Shown: positions 40,541-54,665 of the stretch, one piece after another | How the letters are laid out: each line of letters opens with the position of its first letter | Numbering within the stretch: position 1 is the stretch's first letter | Source: the human T2T-CHM13v2.0 reference genome, Homo sapiens | Length of the DNA: 64,000 nt | Direction: 5' to 3' (one strand) | Assembly: GCF_009914755.1 (NCBI RefSeq) | Contig: NC_060942.1 | Program-made: the position numbers and the translations under genes | Notes under the pieces: model-generated | The model's input: only the letters and a program-made list of their open reading frames with translations | The model's database searches: none | What the model was told of the DNA's origin: nothing

Positions 40541-41049
40541 TCTTATCTTTAACATTTCTTAGGAAGTATATATGCTCGTGATAAATTCCCAAGATTATTG
40601 TTTGTTTGAGAAAGTCCTTATTTTTCTTAATATTTGAAAGGTATTTTTGCTGGTCATAGAATTCTGGGTTGACAGGTTTTTTTTTTCCTTTTCAGTGCTT
40701 AAAAGATGTTATTCCATTGCCTTTAAACTTGGATGGTTTCTGAAGAGAAATCTGCTTACATTCTTATTTTTGTTCTTCTGCATGTAGTGTGTTTCTTTCT
40801 TTGGTTGCCTCCAAAATGTTTTCTCACTTTTGCTATCAGCAGTTTGAATATGCCTGCTGTCCATCACTGGGCTGTATTTTCCTGGTATTTATGTTGTTTG
40901 CTATTTTCTGAGATTCCTGTGACTGTCGTTTAATGTCTCTGATTAACTTCAGAAAATGCTCAGCCAATATTTTTTCCTAATATTTCTTCCACCCTATTTT
41001 TTCTGTCTTGTGTCGTGGGATCGCACAATTGTGTGTGCTAATGTGCTAC

Positions 41050-42900
41050 AGCTGGGAAACTCTGAGCCTGAGGAATAAATCTCTTTTTTCGTTAGAAGTA
41101 AGCAAGTCTGCTCTTTGTCTGAAAGGGAGACATGATATTATTTCTCAAGGCTTCTGACTGCAATCCCAGCCCTGACATATGGCCTGGGTGAAATGTGAGC
41201 AAGCCCGGGCATTCTTGGCCTTGTAAGACATGTAGGAGCAGAAGAGACCAATAGAGGACTGGCTCTGTTTGCCATCTACCCTTTGGGCCTTTAGCATTTT
41301 GGCCTCTGTTCAATAAAGTTGTTAAACTTGATTTGGGTCATCATGACACATGGTTTGATTAAGCCACATGGGCAATGCAGCTTTGACCACTATACGTGGC
41401 ATAACCAAGACCACTTGAGCATCAGGATAAGCATATGAATTTGTATCAGTTATACTGAAACACGGTTGTGCTGGTCTATGTGTTTGTACAGGTATGAGGG
41501 GATCTACATTTGGGAGCTGAATTGGTGGCATCAGACACACCAGAGTAGTTCAGGATTGACCACGTCACCGTGAATTTTTCTCTTTTCATAGTGTGTTCTT
41601 AGAATGAGAGAAACAGCAGTGAATCAGATTGCCAGCTGCAACTACTGTTTGATTCAGGCAGGCCACATAATTGTTTCACCAAGCTTTAGTGCTGAATCTG
41701 GAGGACTAAGAGATCATTAATTATAACTCCATCTTCACTTCTCCAAGGGTCTTAAGTGTTTTCTTCTTGGATGCCAGGATTGTTGTTCTTCCACTGTCAC
41801 AAAATTGGTTTGCCCTTCCCAGTAGCAACAACTTCACATTTTTCCTAATTACCTCCTGCTTATACCCAGAGTATTTTCCTGAAAGGATCAAGTATGAGAC
41901 AGACAAGGATATTTTTTACAAAATACATAAAGACTCATTATGTCTCTCATCTCAGCCCACCTGGAACACCTTAGGAGGACTCAGCAATGTAACCAACCAG
42001 TTGGATGTCATCCACATGAACCAAGGCTTTATCAAACCAGCAATAGAATCTACATAACTGAACCAAAATTATGTTTGAATTCCCTAGACCTCTTGTCTGG
42101 GCTGCCAACTAGACTGGCATGGGGTTGCTATTAGAAGAAAGAAAAAAAATCATGTCTATAAACATTCAGGATGGAATCTCAAGTTTTCGGTATTATCTAT
42201 ATAAATTCCCACCACTTTTGTTGTGATCATTATGCAGGAAGTAGCCAAGAGGAGATGAACTCATTCTACTGATGTCAGTATTCATCAAACTACCTTAATT
42301 TAGTGTATTAAGAGAAGGTGTGGGAGAGTCAGAAATAATTTGCCAATGACTTTTTAAAAGTCAATTTCACCTCTTGATGATATATGCCAGTAGCCTGAGC
42401 GTAGTAAGAAAGATAAAATGCCCATCAAATACTTTGATTATTGGAACATTGTTGGGTAGATTCTGTGACAAAGGTATACCACTGGCCTGTGTACATGACC
42501 CTGAAATCCAAAAATGTGACACAGTTTAGTTTAGAGGGCTAAAATTTTGTGAGCAGAGTCAGCTGATCAGTTTGAAATAGCTACAACCTATGTTGTAGCA
42601 ACCTTGAAAATTAGGATAAAGTCAAAGACCACTATAGGTCAGTAAATTACTTTCAACAAGAACTTAGTAGTAGGTTAACAGCTGCTACTGCTTCTTCATC
42701 TTCTTCTTTTTCTTTTTCTTTTTTTTTTTTGGAGGGTACTCAGTGGCTATTGCCAGGCCATTGTATTTGGCCTCTTTGAGTACTCTGGCAGTCACAGTCT
42801 TTAAAGCTACAATTTCCTTTCTCAGCATGGGATTCTATACTGTTTCTGCAGAATTATCCAGGCAGAAACAGGGATAATATCTCTACAGCCTGCAGTCCCT
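41050..42900 (-). mobile_element. Highly decayed LTR-retroelement pol remnant (RT-RNaseH-integrase order)
   Basis: Minus-strand translations VTFLDF (~42500-42520), SRWAEMR (~41945-41965), QLPNVDPL...ITDTNSYAYP (~41420-41520), FIEQ/MLKAQ (~41280-41320). Confidence 0.5.
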
Positions 42901-43014
42901 GAATTTGAGAATCTTTTTTTATGAGTCAGAGTTCAACCAGGAAGCAGAATGATGGATTCAAGGAACACCACAAACTTGTTATTTTTCTCATTTTTTTTTA
43001 TTTGAAGTGTGGGA

Positions 43015-43143
43015 GTGATAATATTCCTGCATTGTAGATCCCTGAGAGGAAACTCCTGGCTGATTTTTAAATTACACATTTTTAAACTACACAGTGATAA
43101 TATTCCTGCTATGTAGATCCCTGAGAAGAAAACTCCTGGCTCA
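43015..43143. repeat. ~48-bp direct repeat, 2 copies
   Basis: gtgataatattcctgc..tgtagatccctgaga.gaaactcctggct at ~43015 and ~43094. Confidence 0.9.
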
Positions 43144-43264
43144 TCAAACCTGGGAGATTTCAGACTGAAGCATAAGCTAAAGACATGTAAAGTAAGCAAC
43201 TTTAGATGTCTTTCTCAACCTTTATACAGCCTATATAGAAGAGGATAAAAACCTATAGACAGCC

Positions 43265-46200
43265 AATTGTGCTGCTGCTGACATGCATGAGTGAGCATGG
43301 ATCCCACTGCCAATGCCCTGATGAAGTGCTTGGCTGGCACCCCCCTATCAGAGTGTTGTTGTCAGTGGACTGGGAACACCTTGGCCCCTCCAATGAAGCT
43401 GGTACTAACCTTGAGAGGCCAGAGAGCAAAGCCAGGGTTGTAGACTTTTTAGCAGAAACCCTACACGCCAGATGAGATTAGAGGCCTATATTTAGCATTC
43501 TTAAAAAAAAGAAATTCCAACCAAGAATTTCACACCTGGTCAAGCTAAGCTTTGTAACTGAAGAAGAAATAAGATCTTTCTCAGGCAAGGAAATGCTAAG
43601 AGAATTCATTACCCCCCAGACCTGCCTTACAAGAGACCCTTAACAAAGTGCTAAATATGGAAATGAAAGATCAGTCACCACAAAGACACACATAAGTGCA
43701 TAGACCATTGACACCATAAAGCAACTACACAATCAAATTTGCATAATAAGCAGCTAACACCACAATGACAGGATCAAATCCACACATATCAATATTAACT
43801 GTAAATGTAAATGGGCTAAATGCCCATTAAAAGGCACAGAGTGGCGAGTTAGATAAAGAAGCAAGACCCAGTGGTATGCTGTCTTCAAGAGACCCAGCTC
43901 ACATGAAATGACACCCATAGGTTCAAAGTAAAGTGATGGAGGAAAATCTGTCAAGCAAACAGAAAACATAAAAAAGCAAAACAACTTTAAACCAACAATA
44001 ATCCAAAAACACAAAGAAGAGCATTACATAATGATAAAGGATTCAATTCAACAAGTAGACTTAACTATCCTAAATATATGTGCATGTAACACAGGAGCAC
44101 CCAGATACATAAAACAAGTTTCTAGAGACTTACAAAGAGACTTAGATAACTGCACAATAATGGGAGACTTCAACATTCCACTGACAGTATTAGATCATTG
44201 AAGCAGATAACAGTACTAGATCATTGAGGCAGAAAAGAAGTAGAACATTGAGGCAGAAAAAAGATATTTAAGACCTGAACTTGACACTTGACCAAATGGA
44301 CCTAACAGACATGTACAGAACTCTCCACCCAAGACAACAGAATATATATTCTTCTCATCTGCACGTGGCACATACTCTAAAATCCACCACACAATCAGCA
44401 ATCAATTTTCAGCAAATTAAAAAAAATTATACCAACCACAATAAAATAAAATAAATCAATACTAAGAAGATTGCACAAAACTATACAATTACATGGAAAT
44501 TAAACCTCCTGCTCCTGAATGACTTTTGGGTAGACTATGAGATTAAGGCAGAAATCAAGAAATGTTTTGAAACTAATGAAAACAAATATACAACAAAGCA
44601 CAATATCTGGGACACAGCCAAAGCAGTATTAAAAGGAAAGTTTATAGCATTAACTAAATTTCCACGTCAAAAAGTTGGAACATCTAAAATTAAATACCTA
44701 ACATTAGACTTACAGGAACCAGAAAAACAAGAGCAAACCAACCCCAAAGCTAGCAGAAGACAAGAAATAACTAAAATCAGAGCTGAACTGAAAGAAATTA
44801 AGATGTGACAGTCTATGTAAAAGATCAACAAACCAAAAGTTTTTTTTAAGAATAAATAATATTGATAGACCACTATCTGGATTAATAAAGAAAAAAAGAG
44901 AGAAGATCCAAACATAATCACAAATGACAAGGGTGACATTGCCACTGGCCCCACAGAAATTCAAAGCACCCTCAGAGATTGGTATAAATACCTCTATGCT
45001 CATGAACTAGAAACCTACAAGAAATGTATAAATTCCTGGAAGTATACAACCTCCCAAGGTTAAACCAGGAAGAAATTGAAATCCTGAACAGACCAATAAC
45101 AAGTTCTATAATTAAGTAATAAAAAGCCTACCAACCAGAAAAAGTACTGGACCAGATAGATTCACGGCAAATTCTACCAGATATATAAAGAAGAGCTGGT
45201 AACATTCCTACTGAAACTATTTCAAAAAATTGAGGAGGAGGCACTCCTCCCTAACTCATTAATGAGGCCAGCATCATTCTGATAGCAAAACCTGGCAGAG
45301 ACACAACAAAACAAAACAAAACAAAACAAAACATCAGGCCAATACCTTTGATGAACATAGATGCAAAAGTTCTCAACAAAATACTAGCAAACAAAATTCA
45401 GCAGCACATCAAAAAGCTAATCCACCACAGTCAAGTAGGCTTTACCCCTGGGATGCAAAGTTGGTTCAATGTACACAAATCAGTAAATGTGATTCATTAC
45501 ACAAGCATAACTAAAATTTAAAAACCACATAATTATCTCAATAGATGCTAAGAAAGGCTTTCAATAAAATTCAACATCCTTTCCTGTTAAAAACCCTCAA
45601 CAAACTAAGCATTGAAACAACATACCTCAAAATAATAAGAGCCATCTATGACAAACCCACAGCCAACATCATATTAAATGGGTAAAGCTGGAAATGTTCC
45701 CATTAAGAACTGGAACAAGACAAAGATGCCCATTCTCACCACTTCTATTCATCACAGTTCTGGAAGTCCTAGCCAGAGCAATCAGGCAAGAGAAAGAAAA
45801 AAAAAGGCATCCAAATAGGAAAAGAGGAAGTCAAATTATCTCTGTTTCCAGATGATGTAATTCTATATCTAGAAAACCTCATAATCTCTGCCCAAAAGCT
45901 CCCAGATCTGATAAACAATTAAAGTTTCAGGATACAAAATCAAAACAAAATCAATGCAAAAATTCAGTAGCATTTCTGTACGTTAACAGCATCGAAGCTG
46001 AGAGCCAAATCAAGAATGCAATACCATTCACAATAGCCACAAAAAGAACAAAAAAACCTAGGAATACAGCTAACCTGGGAGGTGAAAGATCTCTACAATA
46101 AGAATTACAAAACACTGTTGAAGGAAATCAGAGATAACACAGACAAATGGAAAAACATTCCATGCTCATGGATAGGGAGAATCAATATAGTTAAAATGGC

Positions 46201-46583
46201 CATACTACCTAAAGCAATTTACAGATTCAATGCTATTCCTGTCAAACTACCAATGATGCTTTTCACAAATTTAAAAATAAAATTCTAAAATTTATATGGA
46301 ACCAAAAGAAGAGCCCAAGTAGCCAAAGCAATCCTAAGCAAAAAGGACAAAGCCCCCGAGGCATCATGTTACCTAACATCAAACTATTCTACAAGGCTAC
46401 AGTAACCAAAACAGCATGGTAGTGGTACAAAAACAGACACATATACCAATGGAACAGAATAGAGGACTCAGAAAGAAAGGTACACGCCAATAATAATCTG
46501 CTCTTCAACAAAGTGGACAAAAATGAGTGATGGGGAAAGAACTTCCTATTCAATAAATAAATAAACAGTGCTGATATAACTGG
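43265..46583 (+). mobile_element. L1PB-like LINE-1: 5'UTR piece, late ORF1, and decayed ORF2 (ATG 43765) truncated at ~46583
   Basis: ORF2 start atgacaggatcaaatccacacatatcaatattaact (MTGSNPHISILT); RT ctgtttccagatgatgta (LFPDDV) at ~45842; [15 protein letters not shown]; many stops and frameshifts. Confidence 0.93.
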
Positions 46584-46649
46584 ACTTATTAGAGACTATT
46601 AAGAATTGAGAGCCTCTACAACAAATTATATACAATATCCAATTTTCAA

Positions 46650-48190
46650 CTAGAATTACTAGGTTTTTAATGAATGAGAAAAGTGTAACAATTACAGAGG
46701 TGAAAAAAGCACCCACTAATAACCAACCCTAATTGAGTGCAAAAGTTGGAGGTAGTAGATAAAGCTTTCAACATAGCTATTATAAATATCCAAAAAAGTT
46801 AAGGAGAAATATGTTCAATGGATTAAAGGGAAATATACTAATAGTAAGTGAACAAATATGGAACATCCAGAGTGGTACAGGAACTATGACATGAAATTAA
46901 ATAGAAAATCTAGAGCTAAAAAGTAAAATAAATGACAAATTTACTAAAATGACCTCAAAGTAGATTTGGTATGGCAGAAGAAAAAGCTCATAACATGAAG
47001 CTATATTAATAGAAATTACCCAATCTAAAGAACAGTGAGAAAAGTGGATAGAGCCTCAGAGACCTGTGGGACAATGTCAGTCATCCCAACATCCATGTAA
47101 TTGATGATCCAAAAGGAAGGGGGCAGAGAAAATAGGATAAAAAATATGTGGAGAAATAGTGGCTAAAAATGTCTTAAGTTTGGCAAAAAATTTTGAGTTA
47201 CAATTCCAAGAAGTTCAACAAATCTCAAGTGAAATAAACAAGAGAAAAATTACAACTTTTAGTCAAATTGCTGAAAAAGGATAAAGATAAAAGATAAAAA
47301 GAGATACTAAATGCACTGAGAAAATCATGACACATCACATAAGAGACAAAAAAGATACATTAAATTGCTGACTTCTCATTAGAAATAATATTAATAGAGT
47401 CCCAAAACATTGGAAAGTCATATTCAAATTAGTACATGAAAAAAAATCTTTTGACTAAGAATTTTATATCCAACAAAACTATCCCACAAAAAAAGGAGGG
47501 GCAAAAGAAAGGCATTTTCAGATAACCAAAAACAAATAAATTGTTTTTAGCAGACCTGTTCTCTTAGGCATGAAGGTCTTTATGTAGCATTTCCATATTA
47601 AGGAATTTTTTTAAATGAACAAAAGAAAAATTACAACCTTTAGTCAAATTGCTGAAAGATAAAAAGATAAAGATAACAGATAAAAAAAAGAGATACTAAA
47701 TGCACTGAGAGAAAAATGACATATCACTTAAGAGGCGAAAAAGGTACATTAAATTGTTGACTTCTCATTACAAATAATATTAATAGGTGTATCACCTAGG
47801 GTCAAATCATGAGACAGAATCTATACAGTAATTTGAGAAGAGAAAGTTTAATATTAAGAGTTATTAACTATCACAAAGGATTGGAGTAACAGGGTATTGA
47901 TGAGTAAGAAGTAAAGTAATATAAGGAGCAGCCACTACTTCTAAGGTTGAGATAGAATATCCAAAGAAGAAATCCCCTAGCCAGGGCTGAAATCAAGACT
48001 TGTGACCTTTTGTGTTTGGTTGCTTTCAGTTAGCATAAATTCTGTCAGCTTATTCATATTCAACCATGTATAATAGTGTATAGTAGGAATAACAGAGTCC
48101 CAAAACATTGGTAAACCATATTCAAATTGGTAAATGAAAAAAACATTTCAACCAAGAATTTTATATGCAACAAAACTATCCTACAAAAAA
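46650..48190 (+). mobile_element. Older L1M ORF1 remnant with internal tandem duplication
   Basis: gagcctcagagacctgtgggacaat and aagaattttatatccaacaaaactatc are ORF1-like; 47245-47494 is repeated at 47625-47786 plus 48089-48190. Confidence 0.75.
47788..48005 (-). mobile_element. ERVL-class LTR fragment (LTR40/41-like)
   Basis: tgtatcacctagggtcaaatcatgagacagaatc...agaaagtttaatattaagagttattaacta. Confidence 0.45.
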
Positions 48191-49171
<981 letters not shown>

Positions 49172-50622
49172 ATTCTTTTGATTCTTATGTTCAGCTTTTT
49201 GTTGTTGTAAGGATGGGACTGGTGGCTTCTTAGGAAATTTAAAGACCTGACCTTTTGCTTAGCAGAGTGCTTTGAGATTGGCATTAAAGTGTCTATCTTT
49301 TATTGTTACAACCTATAGCTTAACACTTACACCATTAGGTTCTATAAGCAAAATGGGATGGTGAAACAATTAGCAACATTAGTGTCAAAAAGCATTTTTG
49401 TTGCCTTTAATAAAGGACTTTATTTTCTATGTTGGTTGAATCAACTCATCCACAAACTGAAGATATAGTTGTTGAAAAGGTCCAAAAGTCACAAAGACAT
49501 TTCATAGACACATATATTTTTCTCTAGAGGCAGTAGAATTTTTATTTACAAACCAAAAGTTTTTTAAGACATTGAACTTTTACAGGCAAGGATCTTTATA
49601 TAAAATATTTATGTAAGAATCAAAGTCATATATTGAACTGAATGTGGTTGAAAAATTACTTTAAAATTTACATAGTAACTGTCAACTATTTGCTTAAATT
49701 AACAAAATACTTGTTTTTTATGATTCTGATGACTTCATAATAGTTTTTGGGTTTTTAATCCTTAAGAATATTATATCAATACGCATTAGTTAAATCAGCA
49801 CTATCCTAGACATTTGGAATAGTTTTTTACACATTAAAATTTTCTGTTATTACTTTGACATAACAGCTACAATCAAATATAACCTTTCAGAAACTACCTG
49901 GTAAACATTGTGATATTTATTCCTGTGGCTAAAATTTTTTTTAAACAGCTTTTAAATAGTAAAAACCATTAAGATGCTTATTTGAGTTTTGACCAAAAGG
50001 CCTTCTTGTTGTGCAAAACCTCTGGACTGACAGAAATATCTCTGCTTTCAAAATTATATATGGCTACATTAAGGAATTTTTAAAGTGTCTCTTGTAAGCA
50101 GTGAAAAGGCTATATGTGGTTGCTCATTAATCTTTGCTCCTGTGTGTATTTTTGTGTATGATGTATGTTGTGTGCATGCATATGTATGTCTGTGAAGTTT
50201 TATCTTCTTGATTGTTTTGTAGAAAATTATTTTAGTAGTTTCCAATATGAGGCATTTTTAGAAGCTCGTTTATGCCATGTTTAGATTGCATAGTGGTTTG
50301 TTATTGAATATGATGATATTACATTATTATTTATCTCATATAATTTTGTAATTATAATGCTTATTCATCTTCCCAGCTGTCTCTTTGAGGTCACCAACTG
50401 TAGCTCTATAAAACCTCAGCTTTGTATCATAAAACTGCATTCATTTTGAACATATGCACGCAATCAGTTTACAGACATGGTCACGTCTTTTTTTCCTCAA
50501 CTTTTATCTGCTGGAACTTTACAAGCCAGATTAGCCAGAATTCCAGAATTTTCCTTATGGTTTTTTCTTCTTGATTTTATCATCCAAAAACTCTGGTGGC
50601 TTAACAGCTGGTGCATCCTTAC

Positions 50623-52068
50623 TTTTTGTTTTATTATTATACTTTAAGTTTTGGGATACATGTGCAGAACATGCAGGTTTGTTACATAGGTATACACGTG
50701 CCATGGTGGTTTGCTGCACCCATCAACCCATCATCTACATTAGGTATTTGTCCTAATGCTATCCCTCCTCTAGCCCCCCACATCCTGACAAGCCCTGGTG
50801 TCTGATGTTCCCCTCCCTGTGTCCATGTGTTCTCATTGTTTGACTCCCGCTTATAAGTGAGAACATGCAGTGTTTGGTTTTCTGTTCCTGTGTTAGTTTG
50901 CTGGGAATGATGGTTTCTAGCTTTATCCATGTCCCTGCAAAGGACTTGAACTCATCCTTTTTTATGGCTGCATAGTATTCCATGGTGTATATGTGCCACA
51001 TTTCCTTTATCCAGTCTATCACTGATGGGCATTTGAGTTGGTTCCAAGTCTTTGCTATTGTGAATATTGCTGCAATAAACATATGTGTGCATGTGCCTTT
51101 ATAGTAGAATGATTTATAATCCTTTGAGTATATGCCCAGTAATGGGATTGTTGGGTCAAATGGTATTTCTGGTTCTAGATCCTTGAGGAATCACCACATT
51201 GTCTTCCACAATGGTTGATTGAACTAATTTATGCTCCGACCAACAGTGTAAAAGCTTTTCTATTTCTCCACATCCTCTCCAGCATCTGTTGTTTCCTGAC
51301 TTTTTAATGATCGCCATTCTAACTGGCGTGAGATGGTATCTCACTGTGGTTTTGATTTGCATTTCTGTAATGACCAGCGATGACGAGCTTTTTTTCGTAT
51401 CTTTGTTGGCTGCATAAATGTTTTCTTTTGAGAAGTGTCCATTCATATCTTTCGTCCACTTTTTGATGGGGTTGTTTGTTTTTTTTCGTGTAAATTTGTT
51501 TAAGTTCCGTCTAGATACTGGATATTAGCCCTGTGTCAGATGGATAGATTGCAAAAGTTTTCTCCCATTCTGTAGGTTGCCTGTTCACTCTGATGATAGC
51601 TGCTTTTGCTGTGCAGAAGCTCTTTAGTTTAATTTGATCCCATTTGTCAATTTTGGCTTTTGTTGCCATTGACTTTGGTGTTTTAGTCATGAAGTCTTTG
51701 CCCATGCCTATGTTCTAAAAGGTATTGCCTAGGTTTTCTTCTAGGGTTTTTATTGTTTTAGGTCTTACATTTAAGTTTTTAATCCATCTTGAGTTAATTT
51801 TTGCATAAGGTGTAAGGAAGGGATCCAGTTTCAGTTTTCTGCATATGGCTAGCCAGGTTTCCCAACACCATTTATTAAATAGGGAATCCTTTCCGTATTG
51901 CTTGTTTTTGTCAGGTTTGTCAAAGATCAGATGGTTGTAAATGTGTGGCATTATTTCTGAGGCCTCTGTTCTGTTCCATTTGTTTATATATCTTTTTTGG
52001 TACCAGTACCATGCTGTTTTGGTTACTGTAGACTTGTAGTATAGACTGAAGTCAGGTAGCATGATGCC
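50623..52068 (-). mobile_element. L1PA (L1PA7-like) 3' ~1.45 kb, 5'-truncated
   Basis: ORF2 C-terminal translations [46 protein letters not shown]; 3'UTR and tail. Confidence 0.97.
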
Positions 52069-52336
52069 TTTTTATTTACTGTGAAAATGTAATGTTTATT
52101 TTTAAATTTTTAAGTTATTTTAATTTACTTAAAAAATGATGTCTAATTTTTACTTTCAAGGATAATAAATCGAAAGTACTATTTTATGTAGCTAACTACT
52201 GCTAGAACAAAATCTATATATTAATGGGATATATTCAAAGCCAAGTCACTATCACTTTGCATTTGAATTTGCATTTTAATTGAATTGAAGGGGAAATAGA
52301 CAATTCAACAATAACAGTTGGTGCCTTCAATATCAC

Positions 52337-52710
52337 ATGGATCACATCGCTAGGGCTACCATAATAAAACACTGCACTGAGTGTCTTAAACCACAGAATT
52401 TTATTTTCTCATGGTTCTGGAGGCTGGAATTCCAAGATCAAGGTGTTAACAGGGTTGGTTTTTCCAGAGGCTTTTTCTCATTGGCTAGCAGATGGCTGCC
52501 TTCTCTGTGGGACCTCACTTTGTCTGTAGGTGCACATCCCTGATATCTCCCTCTCTTCTCTTAAGGATACCAGTCACAGTGGATTAGGGCTCCACTACTC
52601 CATTGTAACGTACCCTTAGTTACCTCCTTAAGGATTCTGTCTCTAAATATAGCTACATTGGAGTTAGAACTTCAAAATATGAGTTTTAGAGGAATACAAT
52701 TCAGCCCATA
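52337..52710 (-). mobile_element. MaLR LTR (MLT1A/B-like)
   Basis: ctagggctaccataataaaacac...ggttctggaggctggaattccaagatcaaggtg...caattcagcccataata. Confidence 0.85.
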
Positions 52711-52711
52711 A

Positions 52712-53130
52712 TACTCAATTTTCGATACCTGATTGAACAACTAAATAAAGATGTAACAGTTAGACAGTACTGCAAACCAACCAAACCTAAAAGGCATCTA
52801 TAGAACATTCTACCTAACAACAAAAGAATGTAAAGGGAAATTTATAGCCCTGAATGCTTATATCAAGAAAAAAAGAAAAATCTCAAAGGCGTAAGCTAAT
52901 CTCCCACCTGAAAACACTGGAAAAAGAAGAGTAAACCAAACCTAAACAAATAACAAGAAAAGAAATAAAGATCGGAGTAGAAATAAATAAAACAGAATTT
53001 AGAAAAGAGTAGAGAAAGCTAATCAAACTAAAATCCTGTCAAAACAAAATTGACAAACTTTTAGCTGGTTGATGAAGAAAGAAGAGAGAACACTCAAATT
53101 AGTAGAATCAGAAATGAAAGTGAGGACATT
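52712..53130 (+). mobile_element. Old L1M ORF2 fragment
   Basis: gggaaatttatagccctgaatgcttatatc...agaatcagaaatgaaagtgaggacatt. Confidence 0.75.
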
Positions 53131-53134
53131 TTGT

Positions 53135-54665
53135 TTTCCGCACAGCAAAGGAAACAACAAAATGAAAAGGTAACTACAGAAAAGGGTCAAAAATTTCTAA
53201 ACTAAAAAGTTAATATTCAAAATATGTACCCCATATGTATAAGGTTTTAATCTCCAATTCTATAAGAAACTTATACAACTCAATAACAAAAAAACACAAG
53301 TAACCCAATTAAAAAATGGGCAAAAGACCCAAATAGACATTCTTTCCAAAGAAGACATACAAATGACCAACAGGTATATGAATAGATGTTCAGCATCACT
53401 AATCATCAGAGAAATGCAAATCAAGACCACAATGAGATATTATCTCATACCTATTAGGATGGCTATAATAAAATATCAAAAGATAACAAGTGTTGATGAG
53501 GATGTAGAGAAAAGGGAACCGTTGTATACTATCAGTGGGCATGTAAGTTGGTACAGCCATTATGGAAAAGAGAATGGAAGTTCTTCAAAAAATAACAAAT
53601 AGAAATATCATATTAGTTCATTTTCATACTGCTAGAAAAAAATGCCTGAGACTGGGTAATTTATAAAGGAAAGGGGTTTAATTGATTCACAGTACAGCAT
53701 GTCTGAGGAGGCCTCAGGAAACTTACAATCGTGGTGGAAGGTGAAGGAGCAGCAAAGCACCTTCTTCACAAGGTGACAGGAAGGAGAAGGGCCAAGTGAA
53801 GGGAGAAGAGCCCCTTATAAAACCATCAGTTCCCCTGAGAACTCACTCACCATCCTTAGAACAGCATGGGGGAAACTGCCCCCATGATTCAATTACCTCT
53901 ACATGGTCTCTCCCTTGACAAGTGGGGATTATGGGGATTAAAAGTCAAGATGAGATTTGAGTGGGGACACGAAGCCTAACCATATCATATATAATTCAGA
54001 AACCTTACTTCTGAGTATATGTCCAAAATATATAAAATCACTATCTCAAAGAGATATCTGTACTCTCACATTCATTGCAGTGTTATTCACGGTAGCCAAG
54101 ATACAGAAACAACCCAAATATCCTTCCATAGATAAATGGATAAAGAAAATATGGTATATGTACACAATGAAATATTATTCAGCCTTTAAAAAGAAGGAAA
54201 TCCTGCCATTTACAACAAAATGGATGAACCTTAAGGGCATTATGCTAAGTGAAATAAGCCAGATAGAGAAATAATGCATGATCTCCCTTACATGTAAAAT
54301 TTTTTAAAAAGTCAAACTCATATTAATGGAGAGTAAAATGATGGTTACCAGGGGCTGGGGGATGGGGAAAAGGGGATATTGGTCAAACAGTACAAACCAT
54401 CAGCTATAAGATGAGTAAGTGCTGGAGATCAATGGACAGCACTGTGACTATAGTTAACAGCATATTGTATACTTGAAATCTGCTAAGAGAGTAGATATCA
54501 AGTGTTGTTATACACACACGCAAGTAACTATGAGCTGATACACACAGTAATTAGTTTGGTTGTGGTAATCATTTAAAAATGTATACATATATAAAAGTAT
54601 CTCACTGTACACCCTAAATATATGCAATTTTCATTTGTCAATTATACCTCAATAAAGCCAGAAAA
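53135..54665 (+). mobile_element. L1MA-like 3' end, split by MSTA
   Basis: SLIIREMQIKTTMRYYL; FIAVLFTVAKIQKQPKYPS; ends attatacctcaataaagc. Confidence 0.9.
53609..53987 (-). mobile_element. MSTA/THE1-type MaLR LTR
   Basis: cctgagactgggtaatttataaaggaaaggggtttaattg...ggaggcctcaggaaacttacaatc...aaccatatca. Confidence 0.92.

Larger units (their letters stand above)
36960..41000 (-). mobile_element. Old L1M (L1MC/MD-like): 3'UTR, ORF2 and ORF1 remnants, interrupted by Alu and Tigger1
   Basis: Continuous T-rich reverse L1 similarity, e.g. ttaacaatattgagtcttccattccatgaacat and catagaattctgggttgacag. Confidence 0.85.

Noticed and set aside
42001-42030. LVHVDDI as the RT catalytic YxDD motif
   Set aside because: It lies downstream of the RT-like segment and next to the RNase H-like motif, so the position is inconsistent; probably coincidental.
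43765-46583. L1 ORF2 as a functional reverse transcriptase
   Set aside because: Multiple stops and frameshifts, and 3' truncation.
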